A stretch of DNA of 61,290 bases from NCBI GenBank assembly GCA_040752415.1, contig JBFMGU010000026.1, forward strand, positions 1 through 61,290, given 5' to 3'. Positions 59,311 to 61,290 of this stretch are shown here, piece by piece. This DNA comes from Myxococcota bacterium. Lineage in GTDB: Bacteria; Myxococcota; JACRCW01. Position 1 is the first letter of the stretch; every line of letters starts with the position of its first letter. Position numbers and translations under genes: made by a program. The notes beneath the pieces were generated by a model that had not been told where the DNA came from, ran no database searches, and was given only the letters and a program-made list of their open reading frames with translations.

Positions 59311-60804
59311 ATGAAGCTGTCCACCACGGAACTGAATGCGCCCTCGCTGACCACCCAGGCCGCGGATCTGCTGGCCATCCCCATCTTCGAGGACGAGGCG
59401 GGCGGACCGCTGCTGTCCACCCTGGACAAGGCCCTGGGCGGCGTCCTGGAGCGCACCCTTGCCGACGAGGACGTGAAGGGGAAGCGCGGCCAGTCCCTGC
59501 TGGTGCACACCCACGGCAAGGTTGCCGCCAGCCGCGTGCTGGTGGTGGGCCTGGGCAAGCGCGGGGATCTCTCGGAGGACGCGGTCCGTCGCTACGCCGG
59601 TACCGTGGCCCGCAACGCCGACCGCGTGCGCGCCAAGGAGATCGCCGTGGCGCTGCCCGAGGGGAAGGTGGACGCCACGCTGGCGCTCTCCGCCGCCGTG
59701 GAAGGCCTGGAGCTCGGCCTGTACCGATTCAACCGCTACCTCACCAAGGACAAGCAGGAGGTGGTGACCAACGGCGCGGTGCTGCTGCACGGGAAGGACG
59801 CCAAGGCTCCCGCCGACGTGGTGGCCCGCGCGCAGGCCCTCAGTGGCGCGGTGGCGCTGGCGCGGGACCTCGTCAATGAGCCGGCCTCCACGCTGACGCC
59901 CGTGCAGCTGGCCGCCCATGCGCAGGCCGCGGCCAAGACGGCGGGCCTGACGTACTCCGAGCTGGGACCCAAGGAGATGGCCAGGGAGAGGATGGAGCTC
60001 TTGCTGGCGGTCTCGCGCGCGTCGTCGGAGGAGCCGCGGCTGGTGCGCCTGGAGTACAAGCCGCAGAACCCCAAGCGGAAGGTGGTCCTCGTCGGGAAGG
60101 GGCTCACGTTTGACTCCGGCGGCCTGGACATCAAGCCCGCCGACGGCATGCTCGACATGAAGGTGGACATGTCCGGCGCGGCCGCGGTGCTGGGCGCCAT
60201 GGTGGCGGTGGCGGCGTACAAGCCCAACGTGCACGTGGTGGGCTACCTGGCGTGCACGGAGAACATGGTGGGCGGGCGCGCGTACAAGCCGGGCGACGTC
60301 ATCAAGAGCCGCGCGGGGCTCACCGTGGAGATCACCAACACCGACGCCGAGGGGCGCCTGGTGCTCGCCGACGCGCTCTCCTACGCGCAGGACACGGAGA
60401 AGCCCGACGAGATCATCGACCTGGCCACGCTCACCGGTGCGTGCATGATCGCGCTGGGGCCCCACACCGCGGGCCTGTTCTGCGCCAAGGACGAGATGGC
60501 CACGGCGCTTGCCAAGGCGGGCGAGGAGACGGGCGAGGACTTCTGGCGCATGCCGCTCAATGACGCGCTCAAGGAGATGATGAAGAGCCCCATTGCCGAC
60601 CTGAAGAACGCGGCGGGGCAGCGCTACGGCGGCGCCATCACCGCGGCCCTCTTCCTGCGCGACTTCATCAAGGACGGGACGCCCTGGGCGCACCTGGACA
60701 TTGCCGGCCCCGCCACCAGCGACAAGGACCGCGACTACCTGGGCAAGGGCGGCACCGGTTTTGGCGTGCGCACCCTGCTGCGCTACCTGGGCAACCTGGG
60801 CTGA
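59311..60804 (+). CDS. pepA: Leucyl aminopeptidase (M17)
   Basis: VGKGLTFDSGG, MKVDMSG, NTDAEGRL, DLATLTGA, WAHLDIAG; AGGAG RBS. Confidence 0.95.
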   Translation: MKLSTTELNAPSLTTQAADLLAIPIFEDEAGGPLLSTLDKALGGVLERTLADEDVKGKRGQSLLVHTHGKVAASRVLVVGLGKRGDLSEDAVRRYAGTVARNADRVRAKEIAVALPEGKVDATLALSAAVEGLELGLYRFNRYLTKDKQEVVTNGAVLLHGKDAKAPADVVARAQALSGAVALARDLVNEPASTLTPVQLAAHAQAAAKTAGLTYSELGPKEMARERMELLLAVSRASSEEPRLVRLEYKPQNPKRKVVLVGKGLTFDSGGLDIKPADGMLDMKVDMSGAAAVLGAMVAVAAYKPNVHVVGYLACTENMVGGRAYKPGDVIKSRAGLTVEITNTDAEGRLVLADALSYAQDTEKPDEIIDLATLTGACMIALGPHTAGLFCAKDEMATALAKAGEETGEDFWRMPLNDALKEMMKSPIADLKNAAGQRYGGAITAALFLRDFIKDGTPWAHLDIAGPATSDKDRDYLGKGGTGFGVRTLLRYLGNLG

Positions 60805-60834
60805 CGACTTGCGCGGGCCCGCGCGCCTTGGCAC

Positions 60835-61131
60835 ATGAGCTTCATGGCCCCCGCTCCCGACCGTCCCCGCACGTTCTTCCGTCGTGAAAGCGGTTGTCCC
60901 GTCCATTTCCTGTGGGATGGGTTGGGGCGCGGTCGCACGCTGGTGCGGCTGGGGTTCATGGCGCTGTTGCTCTGGGGTGCGTTGGCCACCGGCGCCAGCC
61001 TGCTGCAGCTGCGTGAAGTGCGTGAGCCGTTGGGGGCGGTGCTGCTCGTCGTGGTGGCGGTGTGGGGATTGGGCCAGCTGCTGAGCTTCGTGGACTCGCG
61101 TCGACTGGGCACGCCCGCGCCACGCTCCTGA
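60835..61131 (+). CDS. Small 2-TM hypothetical protein
   Basis: Two hydrophobic segments; follows pepA by 30 bp. Confidence 0.5.
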   Translation: MSFMAPAPDRPRTFFRRESGCPVHFLWDGLGRGRTLVRLGFMALLLWGALATGASLLQLREVREPLGAVLLVVVAVWGLGQLLSFVDSRRLGTPAPRS

Positions 61132-61290
61132 CGGGCTGTGACGGAACAAGATGCCCATCGGGCTTGCAGACGTCGTGAGCGGACCACGACCTGGAGTGCG
61201 GCGGGCCCTCGCCGCTTTGGACAAGTGCTCCAAAAACCGTCCTGGCTGTCGGCCGAGGCGGGTCCCGGGTCCCTTGTCGTCGTTGGCCTG

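Overview
GC-rich bacterial chromosomal segment, very probably Myxococcota (FHA-sigma54 enhancer-binding protein, MYXO-CTERM-like tail, PEGA protein, DUF1501 pair). Recognisable core loci: a complete phoB-phoR-pstSCAB-phoU locus with two sets of Pho boxes, clpB, yceD-rpmF-plsX and pepA. Accessory loci: (i) a ~190 bp element with ~35 bp terminal inverted repeats at the very start of the window; (ii) an HD-GYP + RCK K+ channel operon; (iii) an FkbM methyltransferase (Cys/His N-terminus recalling ISAzo13 transposases) / radical SAM / CBM48-GH13 / orphan cluster, divergent from a PHP hydrolase operon; (iv) an M64 peptidase with 7 Ig-like repeats; (v) an 8-gene glycosylation cluster with four GT-C-like membrane proteins, a polyprenol-P-sugar synthase, an NDP-sugar C-methyltransferase and a GMD-like enzyme; (vi) a c-type cytochrome lipoprotein + Tat DUF1501 pair; (vii) a BON protein with G/Y/R repeats; (viii) a cobalamin riboswitch ahead of a TonB-dependent receptor and three lipoproteins. 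I saw no CRISPR array, tRNA, rRNA, intact transposase or phage genes. All family calls come from motif recognition by eye; no database searches were run.
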